Assembly (NCBI RefSeq): GCF_964204645.1
Contig: NW_027437454.1
Coordinates: 38,556-102,555 of the forward strand
Direction: 5' to 3'
Length of the DNA stretch: 64,000 bases
Origin: Tubulanus polymorphus
Lineage: Eukaryota > Animalia > Nemertea
In this document: in pieces, positions 40,597 through 52,801 of the stretch
Layout: every line of letters starts with the position of its first letter
Position numbering within the stretch: position 1 is the first letter of the stretch
Notes under the pieces: model-generated
What the model saw: the letters and a program-made list of their open reading frames with translations, nothing else
Told to the model about the DNA's origin: nothing
The model's database searches: none
Translations under genes and position numbers: made by a program

Positions 40597-40950
40597 TTCG
40601 AACCTGATGACATCGTGAGACTCGTGCCACGTTCCCCCTCCCTCGGCAGAAATTCGAATGACGTCGCGAGACTCTGCCACGTTCCTCCCGCGGCAAGGAT
40701 TCGAACCTGATGACATCGTGAGACTCTGCCAAGTTCCTCCCGCGGCAACATTCGAACCCGACGACGTCGCGAGACTCTGCCACGTTCCTGCCTTTATACA
40801 AGGATTCCAACCCATGATCGCGCATGCGGATCTGCCTCACAACATTCTCGAAATGGATCTAGACATCGCCGATAATTCCGCCACGTTCCTGCCTCGACAA
40901 GGATTCGAACCTGATGACGTCTCGTGAGACTCTGCCACGTTCCTCCCGCG
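40597..40950 (-). repeat. ~52-bp tandem repeat containing a Pol III B-box (GGTTCGAATCC)
   Basis: Minus strand GGTTCGAATCCTTGCCGCGG repeated about 5-6 times; resembles a tRNA T-arm. Confidence 0.65.
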
Positions 40951-41379
40951 CACTATGGGTTACATACTTCAACTTCATCACCACCTCCACGTCACCATCT
41001 CGCTGCTGCAACAAACTACTAACACTTCTTCGTGACTATACCGTGAACTCTTGTTCCTATATAGATCACGCGTCTATTTGCTAGTTCTCCTATACGGCGC
41101 TGATAAGACGTTTTATTATTAACTCAAATAGTTTCCAGTAATTTTGGGTTTGTCTTATTTCTGCGCGTTATCGACGGTTCGGGATCGTTCGCTATCTAAA
41201 ATTACAAACACAGCCCGCGGATCCGCAATCGATGTTCGATTCCGTCGAAGAGCTCTCGTGTTTCTCGAGACGAGACGTTATCATCATCGTGTCATCATAA
41301 TAGACCTACACTAAAATCCCAACTCTAAGATTAAAATGTCTGAAATGTTTCCTTGAGAACTTATTTATATTTGTATCCT

Positions 41380-41455
<76 letters not shown>

Positions 41456-42759
41456 TCTTAATTAATATATCTCCTTGATTCAAGGGAAAAAACAAAATTG
41501 TTCAGTAGTCCTTTAAGGCTATAATGCCAATCTGTTGCGCAGTTGGCTTCAGACCGAACAATAGACGGGGCTTCAGAACAATGCGGGTTTAATGTCACCC
41601 TTCATTCCGTTTCACGGTTAGCAAGTTATCTTCCAGACGAGAGACAGACACACAAATCCGCCAAACAGAGCCTAAAGGTCTATAGTTCTGGAATTAAAAC
41701 TGCAATGAGCTTAGCCCTATTTAACGCGACCGACTCCTGCTGTGTTCGGCTGCTGCGTTCATCAGTCCCCGGGACAAGATAGCAGGAATGCCGAGTATAA
41801 GACACTAAACAGAGCGTGCGGAGCCGCGCTAGTCTCGTCCGCTTGTATGGAGAATTATGCTTTTAACGGCTTAAGTGGGATACAGTGTAAATGTTATGTG
41901 TATGGATCTATCTTGTCAAATCGATCTTTGACTCGCTGTGCGCCTCTCATTCCTTGACTATACAGACAGCGTGTAACATTATTCGACAGAGACCTTCCCT
42001 GGGTTACTGCACCCAGCAGACACAAGGGCTGCATCCAGCCGGTGAATTTGAATATATTCTTAATTAAACATTATTGCTCAATGATCTTCGGGCGGCAAAG
42101 CTCATTAAAGGGGGGTTTGGGTTTCCTCGCCAAGAACATTTTTTTAAATGACTCTTTTTCCTTGTATATATTTAAAAGCATTCTGGACTTGCTAGATAAG
42201 GTTATTTCTAGAAAATATGTTATTCACATTTCTCTTACTATATTCTGGAATTAATGGAATATAGCTGATACATGGCCCGAGGCCGGGTTGGCTCCCAGGG
42301 AAGGATGGGCAAAGCAGCCCTCCCATTTTTTACCATGGCAACATTTTCACAACTTAGAGTTTTTCAGAACAGATAGAGTGGCTAATTATTGCCCCCTCCC
42401 CCCTCCCCCACCACTCCAGAGGCTGAATCACATGGTAAATACAGGACTTGCAAAGACAAAACGACACGTAATATCTCAGAACGTCTCAACGCTGCAATCG
42501 CTTCTCGGATGAGTAAATATGACGTAATTACTCAACGTCGAAATACGTGTCGTTGCGCGGTGACGACGTTACAATACGCTGTTCGCAATCTATCTGACGT
42601 TTACGTTAAGTGGGGTCAACGGTTGTAAGACGTTGTTGTTATTATTATATTGACGTTACTGGCTCAGTAAACCGAGAGGCTTATAATTGTACAAGTGATC
42701 CATATCTCTCTTTGTCTCTCTGTCTCTACACCAGAGCTTATACAGAGAGTTGTGCACTC

Positions 42760-43320
42760 CCTCCTCCATCCCTGCCTTCCCTTCCTCTCTCCTCCATCCC
42801 TCACCTCCCCGTCCCCTCCTCCATCCCTGCCTCCCTCCCCTCCTCCATCCCTGCCTTCCCTTCCTCTCTCCCCATCCCTCACCTCCCCGTTCCCTCCTCC
42901 ATCCCTGCCTCCCTCCCCTCCTCCATCCCTGCCTCCCTCCCCTCCTCCATCCCTGCCTCCCTCCCCTCCTCCATCCCTCCCTCCCCTCCTCCATCCCTGC
43001 CTCCCTCCCCTCCTCCATCCCTCACCTCCCCGTCCCCTCCTCCATCCCTGCCCCCCTCCCCTCCTCCATCCCTGCCTCCCTCCCCTCCTCCATCCCTCAC
43101 CTCCCCGTCCCCTCCTCCATCCCTGCCTCCCTCCCCTCCTCCATCCCTGCCTCCCTCCCCTCCTCCATCCCTGCCTCCCTCCCCTCCTCCATCCCTGCCT
43201 CCCTCCCCTCCTCCATCCCTGCCTTCCCTTCCTCTCTCCTCCATCCCTCACCTCCCCATCCCCTCCTCCATCCCTGCCTCCCTCCCCTCCTCCATCCCTC
43301 CCTCCCCTCCTCCATCTTAG
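42760..43320. repeat. 24-bp C-rich minisatellite (CCTCCATCCCTGCCTCCCTCCCCT)
   Basis: More than 20 units. Confidence 0.9.
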
Positions 43321-43770
43321 TCTTCTATAACATCACCACAGCCTTCCTTCTCGACCTCTCCCCTCTCCATCTCTTCCCTCTCCTCCTCGCCGACATCTCT
43401 ACCCATTACAGCCACCACCACTATTATCTCTCCCTTCTCTCTCTCCCTTCTCTCTCTCCCGCTCTCCCCTCTCTCCCTGGGTATCATCTCTCTCTCCCGC
43501 TCTCCCCTCTCTCCCTGGGTATCATCTCTCTCTTTCTATCTTTCTTCATTCTCTCTCTCTCTTTTTCTCTGCATATCTCTCCTCTCCTCTCTCTAACTAT
43601 ATTCCACTTAACATCTACAATCCCTCTTTCTACGTATCTCCCATTCCTAAATCCCTATTGTCTCTACCCCCTCCCTTTACCCCTCTCACTCTCATGTTCC
43701 CCGACTCTTTAGTAGTCGTATTAAGCACACCCATATTGTCTCAGCGGTTAGATTAATATCAATGAGGCTG

Positions 43771-43771
<1 letters not shown>

Positions 43772-43809
<38 letters not shown>

Positions 43810-43884
43810 TGCTGCTGCTCCTGCTCCTGCTGCTCCTGCTGCTCCTGCTGCTCCTGCTGCTCCTGCTCCTGCTCCTGCTCCTGT

Positions 43885-43927
<43 letters not shown>

Positions 43928-43985
43928 GCTCCTGTTGCTCCTGCTGCTCCTGCTGCTCCTGCTGCTGCTCCTGCTGCTGCTCCTG
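43772..43985. repeat. (CTG)n/(CTCCTG)n microsatellite
   Basis: Direct repeat. Confidence 0.95.
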
Positions 43986-46245
43986 ATTATAATGATACCG
44001 GAGTGAACTCATCTCTCATAACGATGTTAATAGGTAATGGATGTGCATGGTATAACTTGTTGTTGACGAGAATCGATGATTCCTGGCGATCAGGGAACAA
44101 GTCAACAATGTAGCAGCAGCAACAGCAGCAGCAGCACTAGCTGTCGTCATGTGGTCGGTCGATTACCGCTGACACTCGATCGGCCCCTTTAAAACCCACA
44201 CTCTCTCTTTCTTTTCATTGCCTTTTTTAATCGCTCGCAGCACGCATCTCAGGAAGGTGGACGGAAAGTAGGAATAGAATCCTATTCGTTATTCGAATAT
44301 TCGTATTCCGCGTGGTATCCTGAAAGGGCTGTAGAATCGATGGAATAAAAACCGCGGTGAAATTGTGACGAACTGAATCGAACATTAACTACTCGCGAAT
44401 CATTGGATCGGGATAATTCCGATTCAATTCAAAAAACGTCGAAAAAATACTTCGTGTTTTTTTTATTGAGCTGAAAACACCACTGTTGACATCAAAGGTA
44501 TATCTATGGGGCTGTCATTGTCTACTTAACAGAACACTTATCGGAAATTTGATGATGTCATAGGGGGATTTATGGGGGCAGCCATCTTTTCTAGAAGTGC
44601 CCATAAGTTTTTTCTAGATGCATCTCGATCAAGTCAGTAGTAGGTAATTAGATGATGTCATAGGGGGATTTAGGAGAGGCGGCCATCTTTTCATGAAGTC
44701 TTCAGTATACCAAGTCACTCGTAAATTATTTTATGACGTCATAGGGGCATATACGGAGACTTTTTTGAGAACGCGAACAAACTTTCTAAAAGATCTTCAT
44801 TCTAGATACCAGATGGATTTCTGAGTTTTGGGGGCGCGTAATTTTGCGATCCTGGATTTTGGGATTTACTGCGCGGAATCACGATTTCCGAGAAAATATC
44901 AAACATACAACGTAAACTGATATAGAGGATAGGAGGGGATGCATCTCGGAGATCGTTATCGCTATAAAGCTCTGTTATACCGCTAGCTAGCTCAAGCGTG
45001 ACTATACAAATCTCCAAGGTCTCATCGATAACTCAAAGATCAACGCTGAAGATATATTGCGTCTCCCGTGTGTTCGTTTAAATTACTCCCAGCCTGGAGG
45101 ACCCCCCTTCCGCTCTACCCTCTCCCCTCATCCCTCGACGAGTCATTTCTCAAACGTGATTAATGACTGCGGTTTAGGTGTGTGTCGACGAGCGAGGCCT
45201 TGACGGGTTCGAAGATTCGACCATCAGTAATCACCATCAGAATATCTTCTGCGGTATTATCAAACTGATCTCGAGTAATCTTATATATCAAAATTATACC
45301 CGAGATGATTTCTAGTTTGATGACGTCATAGGCGGATTCATGGAGACAGCCATCTTCTCTAAAAGGCGTATATCGATCGAATTGCTATACTAGATAATTT
45401 GATGATGTCAAGACCTTTTAGACCTTTTCAAGGTAAATTCTAATTTGATGGATGTCATAGGTGGATCTAGAAGTGTTGATCGAATTACTAGATCGTGATG
45501 ATATCTAAGGGTGATTTATGGAGGCAGACATCTTTCTTCTCCTTTAGAATAGAGGCTAGCGCACGATTTGATGATGTCATAGGGTGATTTATGAACGCAG
45601 ACGACATGTGTTCCAGACAGGCTATAGATCAAAATAACCAAGCGATTAATGATGTCATAGGCGGATTTATTGAGTTAGCCATGTTTCCAGGCGGAAACGT
45701 TTTATTACGTTTCATTCAACCGCACACATCCGGTTGACGTCGACACCGGTAGCAGCCGGCGACCTTGACATTCTCCGCATCACGCAGTGACCGTGACCTA
45801 CTCGAGTTACGAGGGGGAACGCGAGGAGGCAGACTGGCCGGGGAGTCGCTGGTCTCAGCGGCGTTCGGTAACTCAACGCGCGTCTGTCCGTGATGCGTGC
45901 GTTGATAAATCGGCGCTTTTTTCGCGCTCGCTGTAATTCGCCGTTTTGCTTTCGATTTCTCCGTTGCCAATAACAATAAAGAAAAATTGTCAACGGGGGG
46001 GGGTCGAGAAACCGGCCGGAAAATATCCCATGCAATAATTGACCCATAAATCTAGAAGATGTTGTTTTTTTATCGGCGTGCGCGGGTGGGGGTCGGTTTT
46101 GGTCTGGTGATGAAGAGAGAAATGAATGTCCTCGGTGTTTATGAACAGCCTATAATGTTCCTAGCAAAAAGCCGCGTACATTTTACCAGTGAAAGTAGAA
46201 AGTGAATAATGCTTATTTTCTTTTACTTTGAATTTTATAGACCAG

Positions 46246-46737
46246 GGACCGGTTCCATAATCATGGCTTAGACTTTAGACCAATCTAAGACCATCTTAGT
46301 TTTACCTAATCTAACAGTTTAAGACCAGTCTTAGGTTTTAAGACCACTCTTTGACGTAAGTCTCAACTATGGAACCGGCCCCAGGACCCAGTTGCACAGT
46401 CGTGACTTAAGTCCAAAAGTGGTCTTAAATCTTAAGACTGGTCTTAAGTTGTTAGATTAGCTATAGAACTAAGTTGGTCTTAGACTGGTCTTAAGTCTAA
46501 GCCATGACTATGCAACCGGCCCCTGGGCCCAGTTCCGCAGTTCTGAGTTCAGATTTGACTCTGAGTTAAATCATTGAAAATGAACTAACTTTAACTCTAA
46601 CTCACAACTGTGGAACTGGGTCCTGAGGCCGGTTGCGTAGTCGAAAAGTGGTTTAAAATCTTAATACTGTCTTAAGTTATTAGATTGGCTGAGATGGTCT
46701 TTGATTGGTCTCAAACTCTAAACTATGCAACCAGTCC
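46246..46737. mobile_element. Chain of four abutting MITEs separated by single CWG trinucleotides
   Basis: CAG[46246-46381]CAG[46385-46522]CTG[46526-46622]CTG[46626-~46737]; each unit has its own GGNCCRGTT-type TIRs. Confidence 0.78.
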
Positions 46738-47044
46738 GGGTGCACAGAATAATGAAATTTTAACACTTGACTGTCTGGAGTTGCTTATAGAATCAAAATG
46801 AGCTTAACTTGGACTCCGTCCAGTTCGATAGATACAATATGTAGTATCACCTAAAATCTTATCTTGTTTCTTTGTATATTCTATAGGATAACAATAACCA
46901 CAGGAGGCTACGTTGACCAAACCATCAGAGAGAAGGCAACAAATATTGAACAAAAAGGTAGGCTTTCAGAGTACATCTATATCTCTATTTAATCCTAGCC
47001 TAAGAAAGTGTATATACATAGAGCCCGGAAAAGAGAAAACTATT

Positions 47045-47238
47045 CGCCCAACGTGGGGCTCGAACCCACGACCCTGGGATTAAGATTATTCCTGAAGATG
47101 ACTATTAGGATATAGTCGAAACGTTGAAATAAACTGCTATCTCGAAGTTTCATTTTCGGACTCTTTATTATCATTGTGGGATTCTCTCCTCACCCTGGGA
47201 TTAAGAGTCCCATGCTCTACCGACTGAGCTAGCCGGGC
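47045..47238 (-). pseudogene. tRNA-Lys(CTT) interrupted by a 106-nt insertion plus 15-bp duplication
   Basis: Both halves are identical to the intact copies. ACCCTGGGATTAAGA is duplicated at 47071-47085 and 47192-47206 around the insert 47086-47191. Confidence 0.92.
47086..47191 (+). mobile_element. Short hammerhead-ribozyme-bearing insertion (Penelope-like pLTR derivative) with 15-bp TSD
   Basis: TTATTC-CTGAAGA-T-GACTAT-taggat-ATAGTC-GAAA-CG-TT-GAAATAA followed by a tail ending ATTGTGGGATTCTCTCCTC; the tail motif is shared with about 59851 and 61547. Confidence 0.85.
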
Positions 47239-48209
47239 GGTTAGGCTCGGTATTGAGAGTTTGATATTTCTGTGATTTTTATAAAGATAACGCATTCTCT
47301 TTGTGTCGGTTAGAGTTTTGTATGCAGCGAATGTTTGTTTGTTTTTTCCACCCGAGCAGTTTCTCGGCGAAGACTTGAAAAAGCTGCGCTCGTCGTCAAA
47401 GCGTCGAGACTGTGATTTAAAACGGGGAGCGACGACCTTGAAAACAGTAGTTCAGCAACACTGAAGCAAACAAATTGGAGAGAGGGATAGGGTGAAGGAG
47501 GGTGAGGGAGAGGGTGAGGGAGGGATGAGGGACTGGGACACGGGGCGTTCTTTTCAAAAACATATACGCGTATATACTTCATTATCTAAAGCATTCATTA
47601 CCCCGATTGCGATGGCCGTCCACCGACAGAGAGCTCCACTCACATCTTAGCAGACGAGATGAAGAAAAGAAATGAAGAGAGACGGAGAAAAGAAATGAAA
47701 CCTTTTATACAATCACAGGGATATTAGTCATCGTCATGCACGGTTATGATCGATTTCAGCTTTTATATCGAGAACACTGGTGGCTGCGTCTCGGAATCTG
47801 TATACAGACACAGCGTGCTTTTTACTGGGAATTTATCCCACAACCTGAGAGACAGACGTTCTATTGTTACCGACAACGATTCCGACGTTGTCTCGATTCT
47901 CTTTGTAGGGTACATATATATTTCATGTTGACGTCGAAGAGTTTTCGATGATAAATACGATGTGTGTGTAATGTATGTCTGGCAGTGGGATCATTTTAAG
48001 CTGTTCCGTGTGGACGCGGCTGCGATTTTAAATGTCTTCTTATGTTAACAACCGACGAGCTTTTCTAAAGCTATCAGTAAACCATTTCTCATTCCATCAC
48101 TTCTACCTCAACCACCACCCCCCCCCCTCTGTTCCCCTCTCCATCCCCCTAGACTCGAGTCTCTCCCATCTTCCTGCTTCTCTTACCCCTCTTTATTTTG
48201 GCCAACGCA

Positions 48210-48642
48210 AGATCCAGTTGAGTTGACTGTGAACTTAGGATCAAGTTCTACAGTTGTGAATTAGAGTTAACTGTGAACTCAGTATCCAGTTCTACAGTTG
48301 CGAGTTAGAGTTAACTGTGAACTCAGTATCCAGTTCTACAGTTGCGAGTTAGAGTTAACTGTGAACTCAGGATCCAGTTCCACAGTTGCGAGTTAGAGTT
48401 AACTGTGAACTCAGTATCCAGTTCTACAGTTGCGAGTTAGAGTTAACTGTGAACTCAGGATCCAGTTCCACAGTTGCGAGTTAGAGTTTACTGTGAACTC
48501 AGTATCCAGTTCCACAGTTGCGAGTTAGAGTTAACTGTGAACTCAGGATCCAGTTCTACAGTTGTGAGCTAGAGTTAACTGTGAACTCAGGATCCAGTTC
48601 CACAATTGTGAATTTAAGTTCAACCCTGAACTGAGGATCCAG
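48210..48642 (+). repeat. 44-bp minisatellite (AGGATCCAGTTCCACAGTTGCGAGTTAGAGTTAACTGTGAACTC)
   Basis: About 10 units; matches the reverse complement of the right end of MITE 46526-46622. Confidence 0.9.
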
Positions 48643-50877
48643 TGGTGCTGATCGAGTCCTGAAGTTTATTGTCACTGGCCACCCCGGAGTAGACCTCCTG
48701 GTCGCAGTTGCGGCGCTATAGCCACTGCATCAAAGGTCCACTTACAGGCATCGATGACACTCATCAAAGCCCTTTTAAGCGATTATTGGCGGGTAATTTT
48801 CCAGCCAATGTCTGGTATCATCGCGGTCATTGGCCTGGTTCAATCGAGTGTGAGGTATTCTCATCGTCGACGTGAAACATCTCAATTATACCTGAATACC
48901 GACCGATACACGCGTTAGAAGAGGGTTTACTTTAGGTCGATGAGGAACCAGTGACTGACTGACTAACTGACTGACTGGCTGGCTGACTGGCTGGCTGACT
49001 GGCTAACTGAGAGGTCTATCATTGCTACCACCAGGATTCAGACCACATGAACCCCGGATTGATGAGAGGCCAGTGAAAGACCGACTGACCGCTACCAGGG
49101 GTCCAAACCCTGGATACGACGCCCATTCATTTTTTATCGCAAACCTCGCAACAAAATGATATATCTAACATCTACTGTGTTTGTCGCCTTGAATACTAAC
49201 CGCTCCCTTCGCCACGACTATCGAATACTAACCGCTCCCTGTCCCGATAAGAACGGGTCACATTTCATCGGCACGCAACGCTGAATTCAATACGGTTTAT
49301 TGTGCTCCCGCTGCTAGTGATGATGTGGAAGTCATGAACATGGTCGGCTACCAAATCACAGCGAGATATCTTTTTCACCCGATAAGGAAGTTGCGGGGGT
49401 GAATGGGCGCCCGGTATGTCTGCTCGACCGCACGAACAAAACACTCACCCCGAAAACCCGTGTCTCGCCATCGATCAGCGCACAATCGTGTTTTGTTCCT
49501 ATTTGGGTTCGAATCCCGTGTAAACCTGTACGACTCTCCGGTGGATCTGTCGCACGATTGAATAGATGAATACGTAATGAATTTGAATAACACGAGAAAG
49601 GTTGGTATCGCGCGCACCCTGACTGATTTAAATTCGTCTGCTGGCTTCATATCTAGGACAGATACGATCTCCATACAGGGATAGACTGTCATGATCATAT
49701 CGCACGATCCGACAAAAAAATGAACGCCCCAGCGCCCTCCCTCACACACATTCTCTCCTCCAGGGGGCGCATCGAGAGACCAGCTTCGAAGGTCTTCTCA
49801 CATCCTAAAAGGGCACTTTGATGTCCAAAGAGGCAATGTCCCTCCCACACTGAGGGGGGCTATTCGACGAGCTTTTCTGACAAACTTTGTCACTCGTAAC
49901 CGTACTTCAAACCGTATACCCTCAGCAGTTCTATGTGGCGGGACCTGAACTAACTTGTCAATCCCCAAAAACAAAAAAACAACTTCGATGTCGAACAAGA
50001 CAATATTAAGCGCACTGCCGCGCGGAAATGCACCAATTATCTTTGTTGACAAAATGAACAAAAGCCACTCGGAAGAAAAACTTGATGGACTTGTACAAGT
50101 CTTACGAGTTCCTCTGAATCCGCTACCTCTCTTATATTCCATACCCCGCAGACATAGTAAATATCATTACGATTTGCGAGGCATTAAACCAGTGATGTAT
50201 TTAAAGAAGACTTCATCGGAAATAAAATGTTCCGATTGAAAACGTTTTTAAAACAATTTCGAAAAAAAGGATTTTTCGTTCTGTCAAACATACATCGTGT
50301 ACAACTCGCATGACACCTCCTCCAATGTACAGCGGCTTACACACATCGTCTTGCCTGGCACGAATCGAGATCAGATCGTCGGCAGAAACAAAAACGAAAC
50401 AAAATCTATTCTCCTCGGACACTGGTGGGATAACTAACCCCGTAACTGTAACGTGAGAAGTCCCAGGATGCGCTCCCCACGCCCCCTGCGCCTCCCTGCT
50501 CCCTACATCCCGCGTCCTGTTCATATTTCAATCGATACTCGACCGTTTTCTAGTGTTAACTCGCTCCACACAAAAATACCTCGTATCAATTCCGGTCACG
50601 TGACGAAAATCCACGGCATGTTATTTGTCTACGAGGGGCTCACCACGTCACGAAACGGTAGCGTCCATTACTGTTGATAATATCATCGAGCTCGTGATGA
50701 GTAGGTCAAAAATCACTCGTCATTTCGTTAATGGAATTAGTAGAGCGCATTCTACACGTTTCGTGTATCGGTTTCTGTGTTTGTTTTTGTGTGATCGAGC
50801 ACTTGTGAGTAGAGCGAGCGCCGCCGCCATCTTGGATCTCGCACGTCATTACATGTGGCTTTTGGTTTTTGATAAAG

Positions 50878-51450
50878 GCCAGACCTAGCTCGTTTTGGTT
50901 TTATAACCAATCTAACAAGTTCAGACCAGTCTAAACTCATTTTGGTTTTGTAACCAATCCAACAACTTGAGACCAGTCTAAACTCATTTTGGTTTTATAA
51001 CAAATCTAACAAGTTCAGACCAGTCTAAACTCATTTTGGTTTTATAACAAATTTAACAACTTCAGATCAGTCTAAGCTCGGTTCTATAACCAATCTAACA
51101 ACTTCAGATCAGTCTAAACTCGTTTTGGTTTTATAACCAATCTAACAACTTCAGATCAGTCTAAACTCATTTTGGTTTTATAACCAATCTAACAACTTAA
51201 GACCAGTCTAAACTCATTTGGTTCTGTAACCAATCTAACAACTTCAGATCAGTCTAAACTCATTTTGGTTTTATAACCAATCTAACAACTTCAGACCAGT
51301 CTAAACTCATTTGGTTCTGTAACCAATCTAACAACTTCAGATCAGTCTAAACTTATTTTGGTTTTATAACCAATCTTATAACAACTTCAGATCAGTCTAA
51401 ACTCATTTTGGTTTTATAACCAATCTAAAAACAAAATAAGTCTTAAGACT
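50878..51450 (+). repeat. 47-bp minisatellite family
   Basis: About 12 units; a short reverse copy lies at about 52573-52710. Confidence 0.9.
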
Positions 51451-52728
51451 GTATTGCGATACAGCTGGGGGGCGGGGTCAAAATTTGAAAATAGATTTCC
51501 AGTGGTAAGTATGAAATGTGGTATTTTCTTTCAAAAACTACTTCCGCCAAACGAATAACTAATTTCAATACAGAATAACTTCCTAATAATTGAGGTTAGT
51601 TTAAAACATCGAACATACACGCGTTAATTATTAACAATTTATTCTCGTCGATACCGATACAATAGCAGACGATCTTCTATATTAGCACATATTTATCGAT
51701 TATCCGAAAGCAATCAATAACCAATTAACGGGTCTATTAAGCGCATACGCTGATATCGTGTGGCTGAAAATAATAATCATTTCACTGTTCGATTATCGGA
51801 AACGCCTACTATAGCCGCTAGAGTGCGCTACTGGTACATGCATATCTCAAATAGCCTCTAGGGTGCGCTACTGTTAATGCATGTCTCAAATGACCGCTAG
51901 AGCGCGCTACTGGTACATTCATGTCTGTTGTAGTCGCTAGGTGTCGCCACAGCTTTATGGTTAGTGTTCATTCTAGTCGCCCATTTGTCTATTCCAATCG
52001 CTAGGGCACCTCGACGCTGAAGTAAGAACCAATGTGTCTGTTGTTGACGCTAGGGGTCGCAACCGTTATTGGAAAGTTCGGGCGAACCGATCATAATAAA
52101 CTGTTACTGCGGGTGACACCACGTGTTTCCGGTGTCAATCGTCGGCGGGGAGACTATTGTTGTGTCACGTGTTATTTCTATCATCAACAGACGGCCACAA
52201 TGCGCTCTAATTGATATATATAAGTTCCGTTCCGTTCTCGGCAGCAGGGAGAGGTTTTTCTCCCCCCTCTCTTTCTCTCTTTCTCTCTTCTCGACAACGA
52301 CGATGATGAGTACTCGTAGTACACTTGAATAAACTCACCTGCCGCGGTAGGCTATCGATTAACGATAGTCGATAAGTTTCGTTGTACATCGAGACGACAT
52401 TGTGCGCGCGCGCACATGTGTGCGCGGTATCGTATACCGTATTTAATACTTAGTATCGACAAACTCGTTAAACCTCTCCGACTTCTCCCAATCTCCGATA
52501 GAAATCACTACCTGGCTTTAACAACTCGGCCTAGACGCGTCTCTAAAATACAATGACCATTTTCACAGTCCGGAATGAGCTTAGACTGGTCCTAAATTGT
52601 GATTATAGAACTAAGATGAGCTTAGAATGGTCTTTTATAAGTTGTTAGATTGGTTATAGAACCAAAATGAACTAGGCAGATCTTGTATCAAAACCGAAAT
52701 GAGTTTGAAGTATAAAAACGAAAAGGTT

Positions 52729-52801
52729 CGCCCAACGTGGGGCTCGAACCCACGACCCTGGGATTAAGAGTCCCATGCTCTACCGACTGAGCTAGCCGGG
52801 C
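52729..52801 (-). tRNA. tRNA-Lys(CTT)
   Basis: Identical to 10222-10294; T4 and T5 runs downstream. Confidence 0.98.

Noticed and set aside
40605-40725. CTGATGA in the 52-bp repeat as a hammerhead core
   Set aside because: It is followed by GAGA rather than GAAA, with no stem II or stem I pairing.
49059-49082. TTGATGAGAGGCCAGTGAAAGAC as a hammerhead
   Set aside because: C3 is missing and no stem II can form.
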